64,000 nucleotides of DNA from Mayamaea pseudoterrestris (lineage: Eukaryota). The translations under genes and the position numbers were made by a program. The stretch covers positions 806,001 through 870,000 of the forward strand of contig BROI01000010.1 of the NCBI GenBank assembly GCA_027923505.1, read 5' to 3'. Positions 50,464 through 60,913 of this stretch are shown here, piece by piece. How positions within the stretch are numbered: position 1 is the first letter of the stretch; each line of letters starts with the position of its first letter. The notes beneath the pieces are model-generated. The model did no database searches. It was not told the DNA's origin and worked only from the letters and a program-made list of their open reading frames with translations.

Positions 50464-52588
50464 GCTTAACTGCACTGTATTGATTATAGTGGCGGTGTAT
50501 AAAGGCTCTGCACGTCTCTCCTTCCGCGCTCTACTTTCAATTTCGCTTTCACCAGCGTTCAATGGTGGTTATGATCCTCTCTTCTTCGACGACCTTCGGA
50601 GTTGCTTGATGATGGTGTGGCACTTTCTGGATCGCGAAAGCGTTCCATGGAATTCTGACATGACGTGGTGGCGTCGTACCACCACTTAACATCGTCAACG
50701 CAGCGGTTTTAAACCATGTCGAAATGACACCATGACCATGCCATTCTTGCTGGACGTTAATGTGATCTTCCAAATGATTTGACGAGTGAAATGCTCCAGG
50801 AAGTAAATGACAGGCTGTAAATTCTTATATGGGTGCTGTAGGCACTACCGAATTGATGTGGAAGCATCGAAGAATTCGGATGTTGCCGCCGCGAGCACCC
50901 ATCGATGACTCCCATACGGTTTTTTTTGTGGACCTCACTCTTCATTGGAATGAAAAAGCGATTTGTGCAAGTTACAGGTCATGCGAAATCGTTATAAGCA
51001 AAACACTACGAGCCTGACTGCCATTGGACTTGTCTGGGCCGACTCGTCCACAATGTTAAAGCGACGACAGAATGAACGATTCGTCGCTGGCAGCTCGCAG
51101 GCACCAATGTAACAACTTCATGAAGGTAGGCGATAAATCTGGCTGCTAGCTCCATCAAGCATGATGCTAACACTACATACACATGATGAGTCATTCAAGG
51201 CTCGATGGGTCCCGCATCAGGAGGTTAAACTGTTACACCCTTTGTCGCTGACAATGAAGCCAAACAATCAAGACGCCTTGTATTTGTACCTAATGCTCTT
51301 ATTGTCAACTACATTACCATAACCCACTCAAAACAACACTTTGCGGACCATTCGAGTTCCTCCCGGATCTCACCATGGCCAGCTTCTCCAGGGCAATCGT
51401 CCGTGACTGAACTGAACGTCAATGCGGCAATTCGGCCTAAATCCACGAGACGAAGGTGTAGCTCCTGCCGAAACCTATATGATTTGATTACTCTGTTGAA
51501 CTCGTCATGGGTCAATCTATAAACTTGGCAGGAAACTTTGCTGGAACTGCTCGTATTCGCTTGACGCGCTTGGCAAAGAAGGCCTGGCACCTTGCCCGAT
51601 CGGAAGACAATTTGCTGGCGTGAGTGTCATGATTTTTGATGGAACTCATTGGGACCAAACTATGGAAGAGCGAGTGCTACTTGTACGCAATGGATGGAGG
51701 ACACCCTTCTCATCCGTATGTTCTCGACCTGCGCTGTTCGCCGTACCTCCGAGACGAAACTTGCGACACCGCGTTACGCCTCGGACCTACATCTACATCA
51801 ACATACAAATTTAAGCTATGGGGTACAATTTTTGTAATTTCCAACATGAATCCTACAGTAAACAGTCAATAATATGTATAATTAATCATCCGCAGCCGAA
51901 AAGAAAAAGGACAACCAAGGATCAGTGATCGGGGCATGAAGGCTCGACTCTTAAGGGCTTCTCGTCTCTGGTTTCATGCAGATCGGCCATGGAATGGGGG
52001 CTAGACTTTTAAAGTCGTACAGCACATAACGACACAATGGTGCAACCAATATGGACCCGCCACCTGCAACCAGAGACACCCGAAATAGAAATCCTCCACC
52101 GACACATCTCCGAGACGTCATGTTTGAACAACCTTCAGTGAAGGTGCATGCTGGTGGTTTAAACTCAAAAGCCAAGTTTCCGCGGACGTCTGTAGGACGC
52201 TTTTCTAACGGCGCAATGCTGCCGCAGATAACCTGGCACTTGTACCCGTCAATAGGGCACAAGTAGAGTTCCACCGTGCACACCTTCGACTTCCAGTCGA
52301 ACGAAAAGTAAAGGGAACCACCACCAAGAAGGACCAAGCAGGAATGAAGCGTCAACTACCTGTAGTAAAGGAAAAAAGCAGGTGTGAGATAATGGCCACC
52401 AAACCCTTCGACACACTCGCACAATTCGCCGCAAACACAGACGCGCACTCACGCAAAGCCTCGTCACTCCGCTCGAACCCTTCCTTCCAAAATAACACAA
52501 CACTCTCAACACTCTCAACACTCTTATGCAACACAATATGAACACAGACAGACACAACAAACAATATGAACTCATCCCAACGGGCTGA

Positions 52589-55206
52589 CTAGTAGTCAGC
52601 CTCGTTGTCCGCGCCATGAGCCATGGCAAAGAAGGCATCCAAGTCGGCTAGAAAGCTCATCCGATCAGCCGAATTCATAGACTCAATTTCCCGCAGGTCC
52701 AGCCCATGATCCAAGAGTATTTGACGGCGAGCGATACCCGAATGAACGCGGTAGGTCGAATGGTTCTGCCGACTGCATTCATGCCCAAACATGCCGAGAT
52801 CCGCCTGGCTATCGACAAAAGTCCAATCGAGTCCCAGCGGGTAGCCCTTCGGCTCAGGAGGTCTACCATCGGTGAGATCCACCCGCATTCGACACCCAAC
52901 TGTTCGATCAAAACTGCGGACAGAAACAGTTTCGGCCCAATGGACACAACGTTTCCGTTGGGCCTCGCTGTTTCGCTGCTGGAATTCCGAGTCTGCCTCG
53001 GTGTGTTGCTGCTGGTCTTCCAAGCCTGCCTCGCTGCTTCGCTGCTGGTCTTCCAAGCCTGCCTCGCTGCTTCGCTGCTGGTCTTCCAAGTCTGCATTGT
53101 TGCGTCGCTGCTCTTCCAAGTCTGCCTCGGTGTGTCGCTGCTGCACTTCCAAGTCTGCATTGTTGCGTCGCTGCTGCACTTCCAAGTCTGCCTCGGAGCG
53201 TCGCTGCTGCACTTCCAAGTCTGCCTTGTTGCGTCGCTGCTGCTCTTCCCAGTCTGCCTCGGTGTGTCGCTGCTGCTCTTCCAAGTCTGCCTCGGTGCAT
53301 CGCTGCACTTCCAAATCTGCCTTGTCTTTGGCCAATTTATCATCCTCGACAGCTTGATTTAAGCAAGACTTGGACTGGGAGCGAAGCTGACGGAGGGCTC
53401 GACGACGACGATTATTTAGAAAACGACGACGCCTGCCTCGCTTGCCAATGAAGTGCAAGACCACCCACAAAGCTGAAAGAACATGGTAGAGCCGCCATCC
53501 AGACCTTAAATCCGACATGTGCAAGGATCGTGGAGAAGCATTGGCGCCCTTGCCTGGCGCCGACGCTTTGCTTGGAGACGGCTCATTGGTGCAAACAACA
53601 GTAACGCTGAAACGCCCCTTTCCAAAGCCAACCGTGAGTAACTCTCGCCCTGCGAATGGATCATGAGAGCGGAAGAGCGTGACATCCGCCAAAGAAACCG
53701 TGTCGCTTGTGAACAAGCCAGAGGCATCGACGCCTTCCTCGTAGCTGCAGTCAATGCGGACCTTGACGCCATTCGTCTCATCCTCCGTAAAGTCAAAGTG
53801 AACCTTGGCGGCGCCAAGCGAATAACCTTCACCATGAACCATCAATTGGCTCCATCCTTGATGCTGCACCGCCACTGCACTTGTATTACTTTCGGAATGA
53901 TCGCTTGGTGGTGCTGCACTTGTATCACTCTCGAAATGATCGCTTGGTGGTGCTGCAATCATCAACAAAGGCTGCTGCGAATAGAACGAATCCTTGCCGA
54001 TACCGAATGTAAAACGCGGCTTGGCCAAAAAGAAACGACCGAGTGAGGCATCCGCTTGAGACTGGAAGACGACAAGCGCCGTGGAAGCCAAGGTACTGAT
54101 CGCGCCGCCAAGATACGGAACAAGCGCCTTGGTGCGATCCTCCTGCTTTAATTCCAAAGTGAAACGTGGCTGGGACAGGAACAAGTGGAAGAGCTCGCGC
54201 GAAACATCCACTGATCCGCTTTTGAAAAGAACGATAGCTTTGCCTTCGTCATTCTCCTTGAGCGCGTTCAAAGCAATGTCGTCATGAAACGTGCCGACGA
54301 ATGGAAGTGGCGCCACGCCGACCGCCTGCTGCGCCGTCTCGTTGCCGCAGACAATCGTGGAGACGGAGAGTTGCATCTCGCCATGCAAGTTCAACGCTGC
54401 ACTCTGAGTGGCCTTTCCACAAGTGAATGCGAATGCGACTGCGAGACCCGCGAGCGCCAGCATCACGCAAAAGAAACGCATCGCCTTGTTCGCCTCGGGC
54501 TTGCTGTTGGAGCGAGGGCAGCCTTGCTCAAAGTACCAGCATAAAAACTGCTCCTCGCGAGACAGTTTTGGACCCTCAATGACTCCGACTCGACCCTCCT
54601 CTATGGTCTGCATAGTCGTCTCGTCATGCAGTGATCGGACAAATGTCGCCGTCCGAGTCAAGCGCTCGCTCGGCTCGACGAGTATCGTCGACTCTGGATC
54701 GGTCGGTCCATGCGTCACTTCGGCGAACATCGCTGTCAAAAGCAATAGAATAGGGTAAAGTGAAGAGTATAGTGTGAGAGGGTGTTTGATAAGCAAGCAA
54801 GCAATCAAGCAAGTAGTCGAGTCGCCATTTGGCGATGCGTCGCGTACGACTCCTTTCCAGCGATCAATCAGCATCGACTCGGCAACTCGCACTCAGATCG
54901 CACATTGCACGTACCTTCATCCATCGGTTCCGTCGTGTTAACACCAGCGACTGGGAAGGGAACCTTATAGAAGCGAGTCACTGGAGTGCGACCAAAAACC
55001 AAGGTGGAGGGAAGACGAAAGGGAGGCCGCTTGAGCGGCACCCTGCGCTTTCGCTGCTGCGGAAACGACGACACCACGGGCGGAGCAGAGGCGTCTGTAG
55101 CTGCGGCTGTGGCAGTAGAGATGGGATTGTTGTAGTTGCTGGACATTAGAGACTTGGTATCAATGCTTGAGTTGATGATGACTGAAAACGCTTTTCGCTC
55201 GTCCAT
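52589..55206 (-). CDS. Orphan-like membrane protein with an 11-residue tandem repeat and a C-terminal RVxW / LGLDW motif block
   Basis: Exon 1 from ATG 55206 (or 55146) to 54915, phase-1 intron 54914-54733 (GTACGT...TTTTGACAG), then an open frame to the stop at 52589. Hydrophobic segments FFCVMLALAGLAVAFAF and LYHVLSALWVVLHFIG. Confidence 0.65.
52962..53324. repeat. 33-bp coding minisatellite (about 11 units, consensus EADLEvQQRRs)
   Basis: Repeated CTTCCAAGTCTGCCTCG...TCGCTGCTG units. Two units are shortened by one codon. Confidence 0.95.
53876..53953. repeat. 39-bp tandem duplication in the coding sequence (APPSDHxESxTSA x2)
   Basis: TGCACTTGTAT.ACT.TCG.AATGATCGCTTGGTGGTGC occurs twice. 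Confidence 0.9.
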
Positions 55207-55880
55207 CTCCAAATATTGTGAGCGAGGAAGGAGTCGTTCCTCGCTCGAGGCGTCAAGCGAAGAAACGGAAGAAAACCGGTCAAGTCGCAGGTGTACCGGT
55301 CAGACATAGACGGTCACCGCGATTGAACGGAGGCTGCGCGCCGCGCCTTGATCAATCCATCTAATCTGGCACCACTTTGCACGCAGAGATTTGGAAATGA
55401 TACAGTCATACAAAGATTAGAGTGGATTAGTCTACTGAAAGGTCCATTGGTGGTCGGAAGGGTGTAGTTGGTCAACTGATAACTGATCCCGCAGCAGCTC
55501 GAGAAGGACTTGACACTTGACATTCCTGTCACGCTGTGTCACGCGTCACCTTGCTTGCTGTCACGATGCAATTAGTCTGCTCGTTTTCGCTGCTACTTGC
55601 TCTCCATTTCACTCATGCTGGCTCAAAACCATTATCGTCGCTAGCGAGAACATGGATCATTCGAGTGCAGATGCGAATCGTAGCAAGGACTTGGAACTCT
55701 TGATGTGATCTAAAGCGGAAGGATGAAGAAGCAAGGATGCAACGCTATCAACTTTGATCGTTTAGTCGTTCAATGCACAAAATATTTGTTTCTTCTGTCG
55801 ACAACGGGATTCAGACATTTGCCATCGCCGGCTGGAACGAGCTGAAGGTTTTCTGCATCAAGCGTCGAGATGGTTCTAGG

Positions 55881-56045
55881 TTCTCGCAACGGTGGTGGCA
55901 CGTAGATCTTGCCATTGGAAGATACGAGTTCTGTCTCTTCGATACGATGCCTTTGAAAGCGTTCTGGTCGATGTACAAGCTCTTGTTGTATTTCTGTGTC
56001 TTGCGCTTGAGCTTTTGCGATGTTTTGCAGCTGCAGTGGATAGAT
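55881..56045 (-). mobile_element. Short relic of a Ty3/gypsy LTR-retrotransposon pol (RNase H-integrase linker)
   Basis: An ATG-less frame reads IYPLQLQNIAKAQAQDTEIQQELVHRPERFQRHRIEETELVSSNGKIYVPPPLRE. This resembles the 'PL...I...Q..D...GKIYVP..LR' segment that precedes the integrase HHCC finger. The similarity stops abruptly after LRE. Confidence 0.6.
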
Positions 56046-56926
56046 GGAGGCGTCTTCCCTCGCATCTCTTGCCGAGGCCGTCTGTTCCTTTCGGCTCGAC
56101 TGCTTGTTAATTGTTGGAGAATCCTAGACGACTGGTTAGCTTGCGTCCTTATAGACCTGATTGAATTTGCTTGGTAACGATGCAAGTGCCTTTGCGATTT
56201 GTCAAGCACGAGCGTGGGAGCTTGTTGCGTCCACGTATCAAAACATGGGCGTCGACGTATGTAAAGCCCAAACTTGTCTTCTTTTCACCGAGATGGAGCT
56301 TGTTTTGATGCACCTGACTCACGTGATGCTAATTACAGATTTACCGGTATATGCACTGCTACGTTGTTTGGTCGTGGCTCGTGGCTCGTGGCCCGCAGCG
56401 AGTTTCAACTCGCAGGCGGCTCGTTCTCGCTTTATTACATTGATCTTGTTCCAAAAATATTGCTCAGCTTTGGATTTGAGATCGTATTGGCACGCGTTCA
56501 CATGTATTTACAGTTTATGCGGGTACGACGAAGCGACACGGATACTCGCACTCATGCTTCGCCATCAACGTAGCTCGGCGTAGCTTGCATATTGGTGATT
56601 TGTTTGATTAACAAACAATATGCTCGCGTACATATTAATGCTGTTCATTCGACAAGTTGTGAATTTCGTAATTATACGTCAGTTGTACATGGATGCCACA
56701 TCTCCCTTCATCTTTGTGTTTCAGCCGTCATTTTATTTTGTGTCGTGCAACTTACAGTTAAGCCAAGCTGATTGACATTATCATCGTGAATACTCACTCA
56801 TGAATGACCGTCGAGCGCTCTGCACGACCCCACCGACCATCCGACCATCCCACACCGACATCACATCGGTTTGACAGCAACTCACAACTCTTCCACCACA
56901 ACTATCATACTTACTCATTCGTCGGC

Positions 56927-57873
56927 ATGGCCTCTCTCCCAGTCCACGAGAAAACTGTTGCCATAGGGAACAAAGGGCAAGAGTTGAATATATATCATTG
57001 GAATCTTCCCGAGAAAGATGAGTCAGCACCAACTGTCGCGTCGTCCGTAGTCGTAGTTTTATATCATGGGTTTCTCGCACATGGAAATTACCCGACCGTT
57101 CGATACGCAGCTGAAATGTTAGCAGCTGCTGGTTATATAATCATTGCTGCCGATCTGCCGGGTCATGGAAAGTCATCAGGTCTACGAGGATACCTTGCTC
57201 CACCAGACGAATTGGTTCAGACTGGCATCGACATTGCGCGCTACGCGAGTACTTTAGTTCCCAATTATGACAAGAACACGAAGATGTTCTTGATGGGATC
57301 AAGTTTGGGCGGAGCTATGGCACTGGCGGTTGCTCATCAAATGCAACAGCACCAAAACCAGCAGCAGGACACACAAAGGACAACCACAGCGCTCGCTGGA
57401 GTGGTCTTGCTCGCACCCATGCTGCGGCTGGGCATTGACACTCCAACAAGATATTTGCTGAGCATTCTAGCAAGCATTTTCCGACTTTTCAAGCGATACC
57501 AAGCTCCTCAACGAGCATGGACAAACAGTATCGCGACCCTATCAAGCGACAAGAATGTCATGTTGATCCGTTGTCAATTTCCGGTTCGACAATCCGAATT
57601 GGATCGGCGCGTACTTGCGTCGAGTTGGCGCACCGTATGGAGGATTCATCTACAGCTGCTGCTTTTAATCTTCCATGCTTGGTCATGGTGGCGCTCCAGG
57701 ATGTAGTTGTCGACGCGCAAGGGACAATGGATTTCTACGAGAAAATCCAGTCGAAAGACAAGACGTTGAAAACATACCCAGCCTTGCATGGACTACTCTG
57801 CGAGCCTTCTCCGATATGCGAGACGATTCATAGTGATCTACTGGAGTGGATGCAGCAGAGGACAAAACCATGA
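56927..57873 (+). pseudogene. Monoacylglycerol lipase/lysophospholipase (alpha/beta hydrolase) interrupted by a 1-nt frameshift (pseudogene or assembly error)
   Basis: YHGFLAH, DLPGHGKSSGLRG, GSSLGG and LLAPML are in one frame. PTFQAIPSSS..QYRDP, ALQDVVVD and LHGLLCEP (Asp, His of the triad) are in another. The switch is at ATTTTCCG, 57476-57483, with no intron there. Confidence 0.8.
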
Positions 57874-58527
57874 TTATTTACCTCGTGGATTGAATGTGAT
57901 GCTGTAAAACTGCCACCGTCTCCTTTGGACCAAAGATAAATCGTATGGAGTTGCATAGTCTGCGATTTTTAAGCTTATGGTTAGTCTATTTGTATAGCGT
58001 GTCACCGGATTGGCATTTGATGTATCATAGCTGCACTAACACGAAGTAGCATCGTTCCGCTATGATGTCAGCTCCGATGTCCGATAACGGAGCCAAGCCC
58101 ATCGGGACGACGCGAATCACACGCAGCAAGACCCACAAAATATTTAAATAGTGAGAGTTGCAATGTCAAGCAGCAAGCAGCACACCATGAGACAATCAGC
58201 CTCTATCTCCGACCCCTCTTTTTTGTACTTGAATATCCACGTTACATAACTAGTTTGAATGACGGCCAAATGGATGATACGTACTTGTCGGGTGGAGGTC
58301 GTCTCTGCGGGACGATACAGGGCAAAGTGCAGCTCTACTCATTGTAACGTTGTTATCCTGCAGCATGCAGCGTACCTAATGCTTATCGTCAAATGTTAAA
58401 ACATTGATTTTGAAGCTATATAATATTGTTAAACTTTCTACACGTGCTTGCATCTCTTGGATTCGTAACAGCAAAAGGATAATCATCAATCCGTCAACGG
58501 ACCAAAGACGTGCAATCTTCATCGATA

Positions 58528-58848
58528 CTAGTAGAAGTAACAGCAGCAGCAAGAGTTCCAAATGCTGCTCCACAAGCTTCCTCGTCCCCATTCACCGGGA
58601 CCACCATGATGCGGCGGTCCATGATGATGGGGCGGACCATGATGAGGCGGACGCAAGTGAAAGCTTGGAATATGGCAGCAAAAGGGCGACCACTGCGGCA
58701 TGTGAGGCATCATGTTTGGCATGCCAGGACCATGAGGCATTCCTGGGCCGTGCATTCCAGGACCAGGCGGTCCATGATGATGATGAGGACCTGGTCCATG
58801 ATGGCCGGGGCCATGGTGAGGAGGTCCATGATGGTGAGGAGGCGGCAT
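58528..58848 (-). CDS. Small His/Pro/Gly-rich protein with a Cys-rich C-terminus (CYSTM-like)
   Basis: MPPPHHHGPPHHGPGHHGPGPHHHHGPP...PFCCHIP...GSLWSSIWNSCCCCYFY*, 106 aa. Synonymous codons vary within the repeats. Confidence 0.7.
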   Translation of the reverse strand: MPPPHHHGPPHHGPGHHGPGPHHHHGPPGPGMHGPGMPHGPGMPNMMPHMPQWSPFCCHIPSFHLRPPHHGPPHHHGPPHHGGPGEWGRGSLWSSIWNSCCCCYFY

Positions 58849-59366
58849 GGTGAGGCGAGCAAGAAGAGATTGGAAAGTTGTGTGGAAGGAGTTGGCGTTT
58901 TTGCAATTGGCGAAACCAGATCCAACGCAAGGCACGCTTGGAGTCGGAAGCAATCATCCGTTGAATGAACGAGTTCTAAGTACCTGTTCTCAACGGAGAG
59001 GCGGCCGGTCGACGACACACATTATCGTACCAAAACCCTAACTGTCGTCAAACAAGCGAATTCGAAACATCGAAACTGCGGCATGCATGCATCTCACGAA
59101 ACGAGTGGAGGAAGGGACCATGGCGTCCAGGGAGGTAAGACTGACAGCATTGACAAGCAATATGATTAAAATGTTGTTGATGTCTGCAGCTGACAATTTT
59201 GTGATGGTCATCCATCTGCATGAAGCCTTCGTTTGATTCTTGCCTCTGACTTTTTTATCATCTCCCCAATATTCTTTGCAAACGAATTTTCATTTCTACT
59301 AAAAAGGAAAAGGAGGAATTACCGTCAAAGGAGGAATTAACAGTAGATACAGACAAAACGCCGACC

Positions 59367-60683
59367 ATGTCTGATACGGAGCAAGCCGGGGATGAGATGG
59401 CGGTCGACGAGCAGCAGACGGACAGCGGAGCTGTTGTGGATTTTGCCGACAATTCAAATTCCTCATCGGAGAAGAGACGCGTTTTTGTTGGAAACCTTTC
59501 CTGGAAAACGTCATGGCAAGACTTGAAGGACTACATGAGCACGGCTGGCTTGAACGTTATCCGCGCCGACGTTTTAATCAATGCAGACGGTCGATCGCGC
59601 GGGTGTGCAATTGTAGAATTTGCTACGCCCGAAGAGGCGGCACAGGCTGTCTTGACCTTAAATGACTCGGAGCTTGATGGAAGACAAATCTTTGTGCGAG
59701 AAGATCGAGAGGATCGAGTTGGACATACCCCGGCACCTCACCGCATAGGAAGCGCTCGACCAGCCAGCGGAAGTCGTAGGTTTTCATCGGGCGATCAGAG
59801 TCATCGCGTCTATGTCGGCAATTTGAGTTACGAAGTTGCCTGGCAAGACTTGAAGGACCACATGAAGCAAGCCGGCGATGTGGTGCATGCAGAAGTAATG
59901 ACGGATTCTCATACGGGACGCAGCAAAGGTTGCGGCATTGTCGAGTTTCGTAGCAAGCAAGACGCTGATGCTGCAATTGAAACTCTTACCAATTCGGAAC
60001 TTTACGGACGCACGATTTTTGTCCGCGAGGATCGAGAGATGTCGACGGCCAAAACGGGCAGCGCTGATGGATCCCGCGAAACTGGTTATCGCAACTCGAA
60101 TCCGTCTGTCTACGTTTGGAATTTGTCGACTGAAACAAGCTGGCAGGATTTGAAAGATCACATGCGTCGGGCTGGCAATGTGGATTCGGCCACCATCTTC
60201 ACCAAGAACCATGACGAGTTAAATGCTGGTATTGTTGTATATCAACGCCCGCAAGATGCTGCCCGAGCAATTCGCGAGTTGCAAGGAACTGAGCTCCACG
60301 GTATGCCGCTCAATTTGCGCGAGGATCGCATGCCGTCTGGCAGCAGCGGTCGAGGCACAAGTGGTAGACGTGGCGATGGTAGCCACGGTGCAGGACGCGG
60401 CCGTGGTGGTCGAGGAGAGGGTCGAGGTCGTGCTTTTGCCGGTGGGCGAGTTGAGTCTGTGCCTGATGAACGAGTGGTTGTAGTTTCAAACTTGGCAAGC
60501 GCAACGACGTGGCGCGAGCTTAAGGATCACTTTCGTGAGTGTGGCGATGTTCGGCGTGTAAATGTGGGGTTCGACGGAACAGGGATTGTCTCTTTTGGAT
60601 GCAAGGAAGATGCCGCCACTGCAGTTGACGCCATGAATGGAAGCGAGCTACAGGGAAGCATTATTGAAGTGCACCACCGCTAA
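59367..60683 (+). CDS. Four-RRM RNA/G-strand-binding protein (Gbp2/Hrb1/hnRNP M-like) with RGG linker
   Basis: VFVGNLSWKTSWQDLKD, RSRGCAIVEF, GRQIFVREDRE repeated; RGG segment GRGRGGRGEGRGR; fourth RRM at the C-terminus. Confidence 0.92.
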   Translation: MSDTEQAGDEMAVDEQQTDSGAVVDFADNSNSSSEKRRVFVGNLSWKTSWQDLKDYMSTAGLNVIRADVLINADGRSRGCAIVEFATPEEAAQAVLTLNDSELDGRQIFVREDREDRVGHTPAPHRIGSARPASGSRRFSSGDQSHRVYVGNLSYEVAWQDLKDHMKQAGDVVHAEVMTDSHTGRSKGCGIVEFRSKQDADAAIETLTNSELYGRTIFVREDREMSTAKTGSADGSRETGYRNSNPSVYVWNLSTETSWQDLKDHMRRAGNVDSATIFTKNHDELNAGIVVYQRPQDAARAIRELQGTELHGMPLNLREDRMPSGSSGRGTSGRRGDGSHGAGRGRGGRGEGRGRAFAGGRVESVPDERVVVVSNLASATTWRELKDHFRECGDVRRVNVGFDGTGIVSFGCKEDAATAVDAMNGSELQGSIIEVHHR

Positions 60684-60913
60684 ACGGCTGGCAGGTGCCA
60701 TTCTCCTCTCTTTCCAGTTTCATGTTACATAAATTCGTCTTCTTTGTGATTAGTGCTGCATTTGTCTCTGTTCCGCACATAATGGTTATACACGTTTCAT
60801 TGAATGGAATGTTGTGATGGAGCTTTTTGTGTTCGGCGGACTTTATTATCATTACAACGCTTTCCACGTTAACTATAGCAATGTTTATTATGTTTTTATG
60901 TGGAAGAGAGATT

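Noticed and set aside
50560..52580. Short ORFs between the lipase and the orphan gene, including FKARWV (copia RT-like)
   Set aside because: An isolated 6-residue resemblance with no flanking RT motifs. The region is probably UTR or intergenic.
52675..53362. Four overlapping ORFs of 130-222 aa in other frames and strands
   Set aside because: Shadow ORFs produced by the stop-poor 33-bp repeat.
58404..58968. Plus-strand ORFs (His/Asp-rich and Met/Arg-rich) opposite the His/Pro-rich gene
   Set aside because: They start at non-ATG codons and are antisense shadows of the low-complexity minus-strand frame.
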